Shown here: positions 57,860-64,000 of the stretch, one piece after another
How positions within the stretch are numbered: the stretch's first letter is position 1
How the letters are laid out: each line of letters opens with the position of its first letter
Assembly (NCBI GenBank): GCA_902599655.1
Contig: CACKGC010000003.1
Span: 9,066 to 73,065, forward strand
Reading direction: 5' to 3'
Origin: an uncultured Fidelibacterota bacterium
GTDB lineage: Bacteria; Fidelibacterota; Marinisomatia; Marinisomatales; Marinisomataceae
Length of the DNA: 64,000 bases
The notes under the pieces: generated by a model
Told to the model about the DNA's origin: nothing
The model's input: the letters and a program-made list of their open reading frames with translations, nothing else
Database searches by the model: none
Position numbers and translations under genes: made by a program

Positions 57860-58472
57860 AACATTCTTTAAAGCAAAAATTTTATATTTAATAATATTAT
57901 TATCCTATCGATTTAATAAAACCAAAGTTATTGGGGAAAGCAACATAGAAAACCTGGATTCATTTATTTTAGTTTCTTGGCATGGCAAGGTATTAGGTTT
58001 GATGGAACATATGAAACACAAAGGATATTTCGCACTAGTTAGTCAAAGCAGAGATGGTGATCTTATTACAAGAATAGCAAAAAGTTTTGGATATAAATTT
58101 TTTAGAGGATCAAGCAAGAAAGGTGGTAAAGAGGCTATAAAAAATATAAGTGATTTTTTTGAAGAAAATATTGATGCTAAAATTATCATTACCCCAGATG
58201 GTCCAACTGGACCTGAACATAAAGTGAAACCTGGCGCTTTAATTTTATGTCAAAATTCTGGTAAGCCAATTATTCCATTGATTGTTGATGTTAAAAATAG
58301 TTGGAAGTTTAAAAACTGGCACACGTTTTATCTCAGTAAACCATTTTCCAAAATGCGTGTAGTTTATGGAGAGCCGTTATACTTTAATAAAAATGAAGGC
58401 ATTGAAACAGGAACACAAAAAATTGAAGATGCTTTGAAGAAAGTAGACAGGGTTGCAAGTAGCCATGAATAA
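57852..58472 (+). CDS. DUF374 domain protein (lysophospholipid-acyltransferase-like fold)
   Basis: SWHGKVLGL...VSQSRDGDLITRIAKSFGYKFFRGSSKKGGKEA...ITPDGPTGP...SGKPIIPL matches the DUF374 pattern. ATG 57852 overlaps the lpxB stop. Confidence 0.7.
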   Translation: MIKTFFKAKILYLIILLSYRFNKTKVIGESNIENLDSFILVSWHGKVLGLMEHMKHKGYFALVSQSRDGDLITRIAKSFGYKFFRGSSKKGGKEAIKNISDFFEENIDAKIIITPDGPTGPEHKVKPGALILCQNSGKPIIPLIVDVKNSWKFKNWHTFYLSKPFSKMRVVYGEPLYFNKNEGIETGTQKIEDALKKVDRVASSHE

Positions 58473-59490
58473 CATACACATAACAATGAACAATAAACTT
58501 CTTACCTATACCCTATCAGCTTTATTGTTTGTTTTCCCTGTTCACTTAGTCTTTATTTTTTTAAAAAATCTTTTATATGATTTTGGAGTTTTAAAAGGGG
58601 AAAACGTTGGGGCCAAAGTGATTAGTATAGGGAATATTGCTCTTGGTGGTACTGGAAAAACTCCTACCACTATTGCAATAGCAAATTTTTTAGAAAAAAA
58701 CGGTTATAGCGTTGGTATTGTATCTAGAGGTCATGGAAGAGAAAATATTTCAAATGATTTTTTGCTTAAAAATCAAAGCTGGAGAGAATGTGGTGATGAA
58801 GTGGTTCTCTTAAAAAATAATACTTCTTCAAATACTCGTATTTTTGTTTCTCTAAACAAGGTCTATGCTGCAAAGCAGTTATCTAAAATGGGGTGTAATG
58901 TGGTTTTGCTAGATGACGGGTTTCAACATAGAAGGATTGACAGAGATGTTGATGTTGTTTTGCTTGGCCCTGAAAACCAAAACAAGAGCTGTCAGCTGAT
59001 CTATCCCTATGGTCTATTAAGAGAGCCGATATGTTATTTAAAAAGAGCCGATATTACAATTAATACCAAAAATAATTTAGTTAAAGAGGCGGGCCTTAAA
59101 TCTGATCACACACTAGACCTAAAGATTAAAGAAGAGGTTCTGTCTTCGGGTTCTATAAAAAATATTCATGCCCTGGCTAATAAGTCGGGAATTGTTTCGG
59201 TTTGCTCTATAGGAGATCCTGAGAGTTTCTCAAAAACGCTAGAAGGTATAAATATTAATGTAGACAAAAAACTAGTGTTTCCTGATCATTGGCCTTTTTC
59301 TTTAAATGATGTAGAAGAGATTAACCGCCTTTCGATAAAAGAGGGTTTAAAACATATTGTTTGTACAGAAAAGGACTTTGTAAAGCTGGCAGAATTTAAA
59401 CAGCAGCTTAAAGTTGATATCAACGCTATTATTATGAATCATCAATTATCAGAAGAGATTGGGCAAGATATTTTGGCTCGTTTAGTATAA
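58465..59490 (+). CDS. lpxK: Tetraacyldisaccharide 4'-kinase
   Basis: N-terminal TM segment, P-loop VISIGNIALGGTGKTP, GIVSRGHGR, LLDDGFQH. ATG 58465 overlaps the DUF374 stop; ATG 58486 is also possible. Confidence 0.85.
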   Translation: MNNIHITMNNKLLTYTLSALLFVFPVHLVFIFLKNLLYDFGVLKGENVGAKVISIGNIALGGTGKTPTTIAIANFLEKNGYSVGIVSRGHGRENISNDFLLKNQSWRECGDEVVLLKNNTSSNTRIFVSLNKVYAAKQLSKMGCNVVLLDDGFQHRRIDRDVDVVLLGPENQNKSCQLIYPYGLLREPICYLKRADITINTKNNLVKEAGLKSDHTLDLKIKEEVLSSGSIKNIHALANKSGIVSVCSIGDPESFSKTLEGININVDKKLVFPDHWPFSLNDVEEINRLSIKEGLKHIVCTEKDFVKLAEFKQQLKVDINAIIMNHQLSEEIGQDILARLV

Positions 59491-59502
59491 AATTTTACAC
59501 CA

Positions 59503-59531
59503 TTGACATTGGATATGTAATAAGCTAAGTT
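59503..59531 (+). promoter_or_regulatory. Candidate sigma-70-type promoter for exbB operon
   Basis: TTGACA (59503-59508), 17-nt spacer, TAAGTT (59526-59531). It is followed by a strong AGGAGG SD 6 nt before ATG 59563. The -10 element is weak. Confidence 0.25.
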
Positions 59532-59562
59532 TTTGAACATTTAACACATTAGGAGGATTTAA

Positions 59563-60168
59563 ATGGTAGAATTATTTTTAGAGGGTGGACCTTTCATGTG
59601 GCCGATTTTACTCTTGCTTCTTGCAGGTCTTGGTCTTGTAGGAGAAAGGTTTTATTCCCTTAATCAATCACAAGTAGATTCTGATGGTTTTATGGACTCT
59701 TTGAGAGGCGCTTTAAAATCAGGTGGATCTAAAAAAGCTTTGGATGTTTGTGCGGGACACGATGGTCCTGTTTCTAATATTTGCAAGGCCGGTTTATCTA
59801 AAGTAGGCAAAGGTCCTGAGCAAGTTGAAAAGGCAATTGAAAATGCCGGCTCACTAGAGATGGCTTTCCTAGAAAAAAATATGGGTTGGCTAACTGCAAT
59901 TATCGCTATTGCACCTATGATGGGTTTTACGGGTACGGTTGCAGGTATGATTTTTGCGTTTGACGCTATTGCCGCTGCAAACGATATTTCACCAGCTGTT
60001 GTAGCTGTTGGTATTTCCCAAGCTCTTTTAACTACGGCTTTTGGACTTATTGTTGCTATGATTATTCAAATTGCTCAAAACTTTTTCTCATCAATGATTG
60101 ATGGCATGGTTTTGGACATGGAAGAAAGATCTATAGAAATCACAGACCTATTAAGAGACTCAAAATAA
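59563..60168 (+). CDS. exbB: MotA/TolQ/ExbB proton-channel family protein
   Basis: GGPFMWPILLL N-terminus and conserved C-terminal TM pair MGFTGTVAGMIFAF ... ISQALLTTAFGLIVA. Confidence 0.85.
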   Translation: MVELFLEGGPFMWPILLLLLAGLGLVGERFYSLNQSQVDSDGFMDSLRGALKSGGSKKALDVCAGHDGPVSNICKAGLSKVGKGPEQVEKAIENAGSLEMAFLEKNMGWLTAIIAIAPMMGFTGTVAGMIFAFDAIAAANDISPAVVAVGISQALLTTAFGLIVAMIIQIAQNFFSSMIDGMVLDMEERSIEITDLLRDSK

Positions 60169-60171
60169 AAT

Positions 60172-60570
60172 ATGGCTCTTAGAGAACGAAAAGCGCGCGT
60201 TGGTGCTATTCCTGAAGGTGGAATGGCTGACATAGCATTTCTTTTGCTAGTATTCTTCCTGGTTACCACAACCATTGATATGGACAAAGGCCTAGGAATA
60301 ATTCTTCCAGCAGAAGGTCAAGAGCTAGAAATCAACAAAAAAAATATTCTTAACTGCCTTATCAGCGCCTCAGGTAATGTATTGCTTGGTGGCGAGCCTG
60401 TAGAAATGAAAGACTTGAGCAGAAGAGTTAAAGAAGAAATTCGTGCGAACGATAAGCTTATTATTTCTGTTAAAGCTCATGAAAAATCAGAGTACGATGT
60501 ATATGTTGAAGTGCTAGATCAATTAAAACTTGCTAACGCTACTAGAATATCAATTGCGGAGACAGAATAA
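60172..60570 (+). CDS. exbD: ExbD/TolR biopolymer transport protein (copy 1)
   Basis: Basic N-terminus, TM MADIAFLLLVFFLVTT, periplasmic domain of about 80 aa. Confidence 0.85.
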   Translation: MALRERKARVGAIPEGGMADIAFLLLVFFLVTTTIDMDKGLGIILPAEGQELEINKKNILNCLISASGNVLLGGEPVEMKDLSRRVKEEIRANDKLIISVKAHEKSEYDVYVEVLDQLKLANATRISIAETE

Positions 60571-60983
60571 TGAAGTTTAGAAGAAAATCTGGGGTAGAAT
60601 CAAAAATATCAACATCCTCCATGCCCGATATTATCTTTATGCTTCTAATCTTTTTTATGGTTACCACCGTTCTAAGAGAGTTTTCGGGTCTTCCAGTTTC
60701 ACTGCCAAAGGCAGAAAGAATTGAAAAACTGGAATCAAAAAGACATACATCAGATATTTGGGTATCAAAAGACGGATTAATTTCAATTGAAGACAAGCTT
60801 TATAATAATCAAGATGTACGACATGTAATGTATGAGAAAAGAGCATCTGATCCTCAACTTACGGTTTCATTAAAAGCTGACCAAGCTGCTAGAATGGAAA
60901 TTATTTCCGACATTCATAATGAATTGAGAAAAGCAGATGCATTAAAATTAAACTATTCTACAAAGGTTAAGGCTCCAAACTAA
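60570..60983 (+). CDS. exbD: ExbD/TolR biopolymer transport protein (copy 2)
   Basis: TM MPDIIFMLLIFFMVTT plus a periplasmic domain. Shares nt 60570 with the copy 1 stop. Confidence 0.85.
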   Translation: MKFRRKSGVESKISTSSMPDIIFMLLIFFMVTTVLREFSGLPVSLPKAERIEKLESKRHTSDIWVSKDGLISIEDKLYNNQDVRHVMYEKRASDPQLTVSLKADQAARMEIISDIHNELRKADALKLNYSTKVKAPN

Positions 60984-61675
60984 TGGACGAATTAAAAAAA
61001 ATATTAGATAAATTTAATCCATTCTCCAGGTTGGTTGACTTTTTTCTAAAAAGAGCCAAGCTGCTTGAAAAATCATTAAAAGAAAAATATTCAACAGTAC
61101 TTAGGGTTGGTTTATTGTTTGCATCCTTTCTTTTGCTATTAGGGTTTTATTCATTGCAGCGCTTTGAAAATGATATTGATATTGAAACAGAGAGCCAAAT
61201 TATTATTGAAAATATTGAAATACCAGAAACTCAACAATTTGAAACTCCTCCACCGCCAGCTAGGCCGTCTGTTCCTGTAGAGTCAGAAGATGACGATCTC
61301 GCCGATGACCTTACAATTGAGGAGACAGATTTAGACAGTTTTGATGCGTGGGACGCTCCACCTCCACCTCCATCTGGTCCACAAGTGAAGTTTATTCCAT
61401 ATGATGACCCACCAAGGCCATTATTCCCAATTAAACCTGTTTATCCTGATATTGCTCAAGAAGCTGGTATTGAAGGACAGGTTTTAGTACAGTGTTTCAT
61501 TGACAAAACAGGTAGAGTTAAAGAAACAATTGTTTTAAAAGGAATTCCAAATACAGGACTTAACGAAGCTGCTGTTGACGCTTTAAGAAAAACTAGATTT
61601 AGACCAGCTAAGCAACGTGAAACAAAAGTTGGTGTATGGATTACAATCCCAATCAACTTTAAGCTCCAAAACTAG
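60983..61675 (+). CDS. tonB: Energy transducer TonB
   Basis: N-terminal TM segment, Pro/acidic spacer (PPPPARPSVP...PPPPPSGP), TonB_C domain YPDIAQEAGIEGQVLVQCFIDKTGRV...RFRPA. Confidence 0.85.
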   Translation: MDELKKILDKFNPFSRLVDFFLKRAKLLEKSLKEKYSTVLRVGLLFASFLLLLGFYSLQRFENDIDIETESQIIIENIEIPETQQFETPPPPARPSVPVESEDDDLADDLTIEETDLDSFDAWDAPPPPPSGPQVKFIPYDDPPRPLFPIKPVYPDIAQEAGIEGQVLVQCFIDKTGRVKETIVLKGIPNTGLNEAAVDALRKTRFRPAKQRETKVGVWITIPINFKLQN

Positions 61676-61676
61676 T

Positions 61677-62009
61677 TTGAATTCGCTTATTCTTTTTGAA
61701 ATCCTTATTGTGGGATTTGCAAACATTCCCGTTCTGTTGGTTGCCAAGGCTTTAAACACCACAAATGCCAAATATCTCATAGCCGGCTATAATACAATGT
61801 CAGATTTAGACAGGGAAAAAATTGATGTTAAAAGATTGGTAAGCTCAACCAAAACATTTTTATATCTTTTGGCAACGGTTCCGTTTTTAGCTTTTGTAGT
61901 CTTAATTACCGCTAGCAGGCTTGAGATCGCTGTTGGAGGATATTGCTTGGTTGTAATTGTTTTGATTTGCTGGTTCTTTGTATTTACAAAAAGAGCGGGT
62001 CTCAGATAA
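61677..62009 (+). CDS. DUF3784-like small membrane protein (start uncertain)
   Basis: YLIAGYNTMSDLDREKIDVKRL flanked by hydrophobic helices resembles DUF3784. TTG 61677 follows directly after the tonB stop. The tracked ORF start (GTG 61617) would overlap tonB by 59 nt. Confidence 0.4.
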   Translation: MNSLILFEILIVGFANIPVLLVAKALNTTNAKYLIAGYNTMSDLDREKIDVKRLVSSTKTFLYLLATVPFLAFVVLITASRLEIAVGGYCLVVIVLICWFFVFTKRAGLR

Positions 62010-62613
62010 CAACAAGCTTTTTGGGCGGGTAATTATTAAAGCCCATTTCAATTTGATCACCTCTTTCAAGAGCTTCAACCCCTTCCGGCGTACCAGTAAA
62101 AATTATATCTCCTTTTTTAAAATCAACGGTCTTTGAAAGGTGTAGAATAATGTCTTCAAAAGAAAATATCATATCTTTTAAATTTCCTTCTTGTCTTATT
62201 TTTTGATTTACCATTAAATAGAACTCTTGTGGACATTCGTGTATGAAGTTTGCATCTATTACTGCAGATCCTTTAAATGTCTTTGAAGCAAACCATGGCA
62301 TCCCTTTTTTCTTAAGCTCTGTTTGAAGGTGTCTGTCTGTTAAATCTAAACCTATTGAAAATCCAGAAATGAATGTGTGGGCCTCTTCGCGGGTTTTGGG
62401 CACCCCCTCTTTTCCTATCAAAAGAACTACTTCAAGCTCGTGTTCTATTGTTTTGTTTGATGGTATCTCAATTGTCTCATTAATGTTTACGGCTGAATTT
62501 GATTTTTGAAAAATTAGTGGTGACGTTGGGATCTTGTTGCCAAGCTCTTTTGCATGTCCTGCAAAATTTCTTCCAACACAATAGATATTTTCAAATTTTA
62601 AGTTTTCACTCAT
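62002..62613 (-). CDS. Fumarylacetoacetate hydrolase (FAH) family protein, FAHD1/YcgM-like
   Basis: [17 protein letters not shown]...[11 protein letters not shown]...[10 protein letters not shown]...[11 protein letters not shown] pattern; 203 aa. The start overlaps the sdhB stop by 8 nt. Confidence 0.8.
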   Translation of the reverse strand: MSENLKFENIYCVGRNFAGHAKELGNKIPTSPLIFQKSNSAVNINETIEIPSNKTIEHELEVVLLIGKEGVPKTREEAHTFISGFSIGLDLTDRHLQTELKKKGMPWFASKTFKGSAVIDANFIHECPQEFYLMVNQKIRQEGNLKDMIFSFEDIILHLSKTVDFKKGDIIFTGTPEGVEALERGDQIEMGFNNYPPKKLVVI

Positions 62614-63370
62614 CTTTTTTCTTTAAAAAACCTGAAAGAGAGCTTGATATATATTCTTGATTTAACCTTGCTATATTTATCTGCCCTATTTCTTTTGGAC
62701 ATTCGGCTGAACATGCACCAGTATTAGTGCATGAACCAAACCCTTCTTCATCCATTGTTGCTACCATTTTAGCAACCCTTTCTTTTCCTTCTTTTTGTCC
62801 TTGGGGCAACAAAGATAAGTGAGAAACTTTTGCTGAAGTAAATAACATTGCTGAAGAATTTTTGCAAGCAGCAACACAGGCACCACAACCGATACAGGCG
62901 GATGAAAGGAATGCTTCATCAGCATATTCTTTTTCGATTGAAATAGAATTGGCCTCAGGCGCCTCCCCCGTATTGGTTGATACATAACCTCCTGAAGAAA
63001 TGATTCTATCAAAAGACCTTCTATCAACAGAGAGGTCCTTTATTACTGGAAAAGACTCTGCCCTAAAAGGTTCTAATAAAATATCATCTTCGTTATTAAA
63101 TGCTCTCATGTGAAGCTGACACACTGTTGTTGCCTTTTGAGGTCCGTGTGGTCTGCCATTAATCATAAAACCGCAAGAACCGCAAATTCCTTCTCTGCAG
63201 TCATGATCAAATGCAACAGGATCCTTTTTTTCTTTTACAAGCTTGATATTTAAAATATCTAGCATTTCTAAAAATGAAATGTTTGGGTCTATGTTTTCAA
63301 GTCTGTAGGTTTTTAGTGTTCCCTTATCGGAATCAGAACCTTGTCGCCATATTTTCAAATTGACATTCAT
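62606..63370 (-). CDS. sdhB: Succinate dehydrogenase/fumarate reductase iron-sulfur subunit
   Basis: 2Fe-2[11 protein letters not shown], 4Fe-4[12 protein letters not shown], third cluster [12 protein letters not shown]. Confidence 0.9.
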   Translation of the reverse strand: MNVNLKIWRQGSDSDKGTLKTYRLENIDPNISFLEMLDILNIKLVKEKKDPVAFDHDCREGICGSCGFMINGRPHGPQKATTVCQLHMRAFNNEDDILLEPFRAESFPVIKDLSVDRRSFDRIISSGGYVSTNTGEAPEANSISIEKEYADEAFLSSACIGCGACVAACKNSSAMLFTSAKVSHLSLLPQGQKEGKERVAKMVATMDEEGFGSCTNTGACSAECPKEIGQINIARLNQEYISSSLSGFLKKKDE

Positions 63371-64000
63371 TTACTTATAACTTCTGGTTTTTAGTTTAAC
63401 ATTATTATATTTTAATTCTTCTTTATAAAGTTTTGGTTCTTCATTTTCAGCATAATCCCAAGCTGCTACATACTTATAGTCTTGGTCATTTCTTTCTGCC
63501 TCATTTTCTTCTGTCTGATACTCTTCTCTAAAGTGTGCACCACAAGATTCTTTTCTATCTAAGGCGTCAAAAGCCATTAATTCTGCAAGCTCTATAAAGT
63601 CTTTTATTCTTAGCGCTTTTTCTAGTTCTTGGTTGATATCTTTATCGCTTCCTGGTATAGAAATATCATTCCAGAACTTTTCTTTAATTTTTGGAATTTC
63701 TAACAAAGCCTCTTTTAAGCCTGCCTCATTTCTTGCCATTCCTATTTTATCCCACACAATTTTCCCCAGCTCTCTATGAACCTCATCTACTGCCAACTTT
63801 CCATCTACGCTCATTAGTTTAGCAATTTCATTCTTTGTTTTCTCTGCCGCTTCTTTAAACTCAGGCCTATCTGTAATGTCTTGCATAAGGGGTGTTTCTT
63901 TTGCTAGAAAGTCCATTGCTGTGTGTGGAACAACAAAGTATCCATCTGCTAATCCCTGCATTAATGCACTCGCTCCCAATCTGTTGGCCCCATGGTCTGA
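63371..64000 (-). CDS. sdhA: Succinate dehydrogenase/fumarate reductase flavoprotein subunit, C-terminal part (5' end outside window)
   Basis: The frame is open to the window edge. ...ESCGAHFREEY... and the helical C-terminal domain are typical of SdhA/FrdA. The stop abuts the sdhB start. Confidence 0.9.
   Translation of the reverse strand, partial: SDHGANRLGASALMQGLADGYFVVPHTAMDFLAKETPLMQDITDRPEFKEAAEKTKNEIAKLMSVDGKLAVDEVHRELGKIVWDKIGMARNEAGLKEALLEIPKIKEKFWNDISIPGSDKDINQELEKALRIKDFIELAELMAFDALDRKESCGAHFREEYQTEENEAERNDQDYKYVAAWDYAENEEPKLYKEELKYNNVKLKTRSYK

Noticed and set aside
1-64000. CRISPR arrays, IS elements or transposases, integrons, rRNA genes, and an alternative genetic code
   Set aside because: I saw no regularly spaced direct repeats and no transposase- or integrase-like translations. 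All conserved genes read full-length with the standard bacterial code, so there are no in-frame TGA or TAG codons needing reassignment.

Overview
This is an AT-rich, very compact bacterial chromosomal segment. By my own coordinates only about 1 kb of the 64 kb lies outside a called gene. I call about 73 protein genes and one tRNA (tRNA-Gln, anticodon UUG). I found no rRNA, CRISPR array, transposase, integrase or obvious prophage or defence island.

All product calls rest on motif recognition in the supplied translations, with no database search. The content is almost entirely housekeeping and cell-envelope functions:
- **Polysaccharide and nucleotide-sugar genes (3.0-10.4 kb):** Wzi-like barrel, heptose-7-P kinase-like gene, gpmA, long Wza-like exporter, rmlC-like gene, NAD epimerase, DegT aminotransferase.
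- **TonB-dependent receptor (10.6-13.3 kb):** a single, compositionally distinct receptor with a carboxypeptidase-regulatory-like domain.
- **Replication-associated run:** yqeY-cvpA-dnaG.
- **nfeD to alkA run:** nfeD-floA-hyp-adk-coaE-esterase-alkA.
- **Outer-membrane and lipid A block:** mrp-uppS-bamA-skp-lpxD-lpxC-fabZ-lpxA-dxr-rseP.
- **Long co-directional array (53.1-40.8 kb, minus strand):** uvrA-ruvB-queA-ispDF-ispE-tRNA(Gln)-prs-rplY-pth-hppA-rpsF-rpsR-rplI.
- **Second lipid A block:** Gfo/Idh/MocA oxidoreductase-lpxB-DUF374-lpxK.
- **Energy transduction:** exbB-exbD-exbD-tonB.
- **Window end:** the 3' end of an sdhA-sdhB operon with an attached FAH-family gene.

Several traits suggest a streamlined marine member of the FCB-type lineages, perhaps Marinimicrobia-like. 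These are the carboxypeptidase-regulatory-domain receptor, lpxC placed directly next to fabZ, the DUF3108 and DUF374 genes, the two exbD copies, and clear Shine-Dalgarno sites. This placement is a guess.

I did not find a convincing new multi-gene system. The observations most worth a second look are single-gene anomalies visible directly in the sequence:
- lpxA has no ATG/GTG/TTG start and is apparently initiated at ATT behind a perfect AGGAG.
- The DnaG primase has all four zinc-ribbon ligands substituted.
- A beta-class DNA-methyltransferase-like gene has degenerate catalytic and AdoMet motifs.
- The Mrp/ApbC homologue contains no cysteine at all.
- A tRNA is embedded in an operon with 4-nt and 7-nt spacers.
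- A membrane pyrophosphatase is spliced by start/stop overlaps into a translation-gene operon.
- An FAHD1-like gene is translationally coupled to sdhB.
- A Gfo/Idh/MocA gene is coupled to lpxB.
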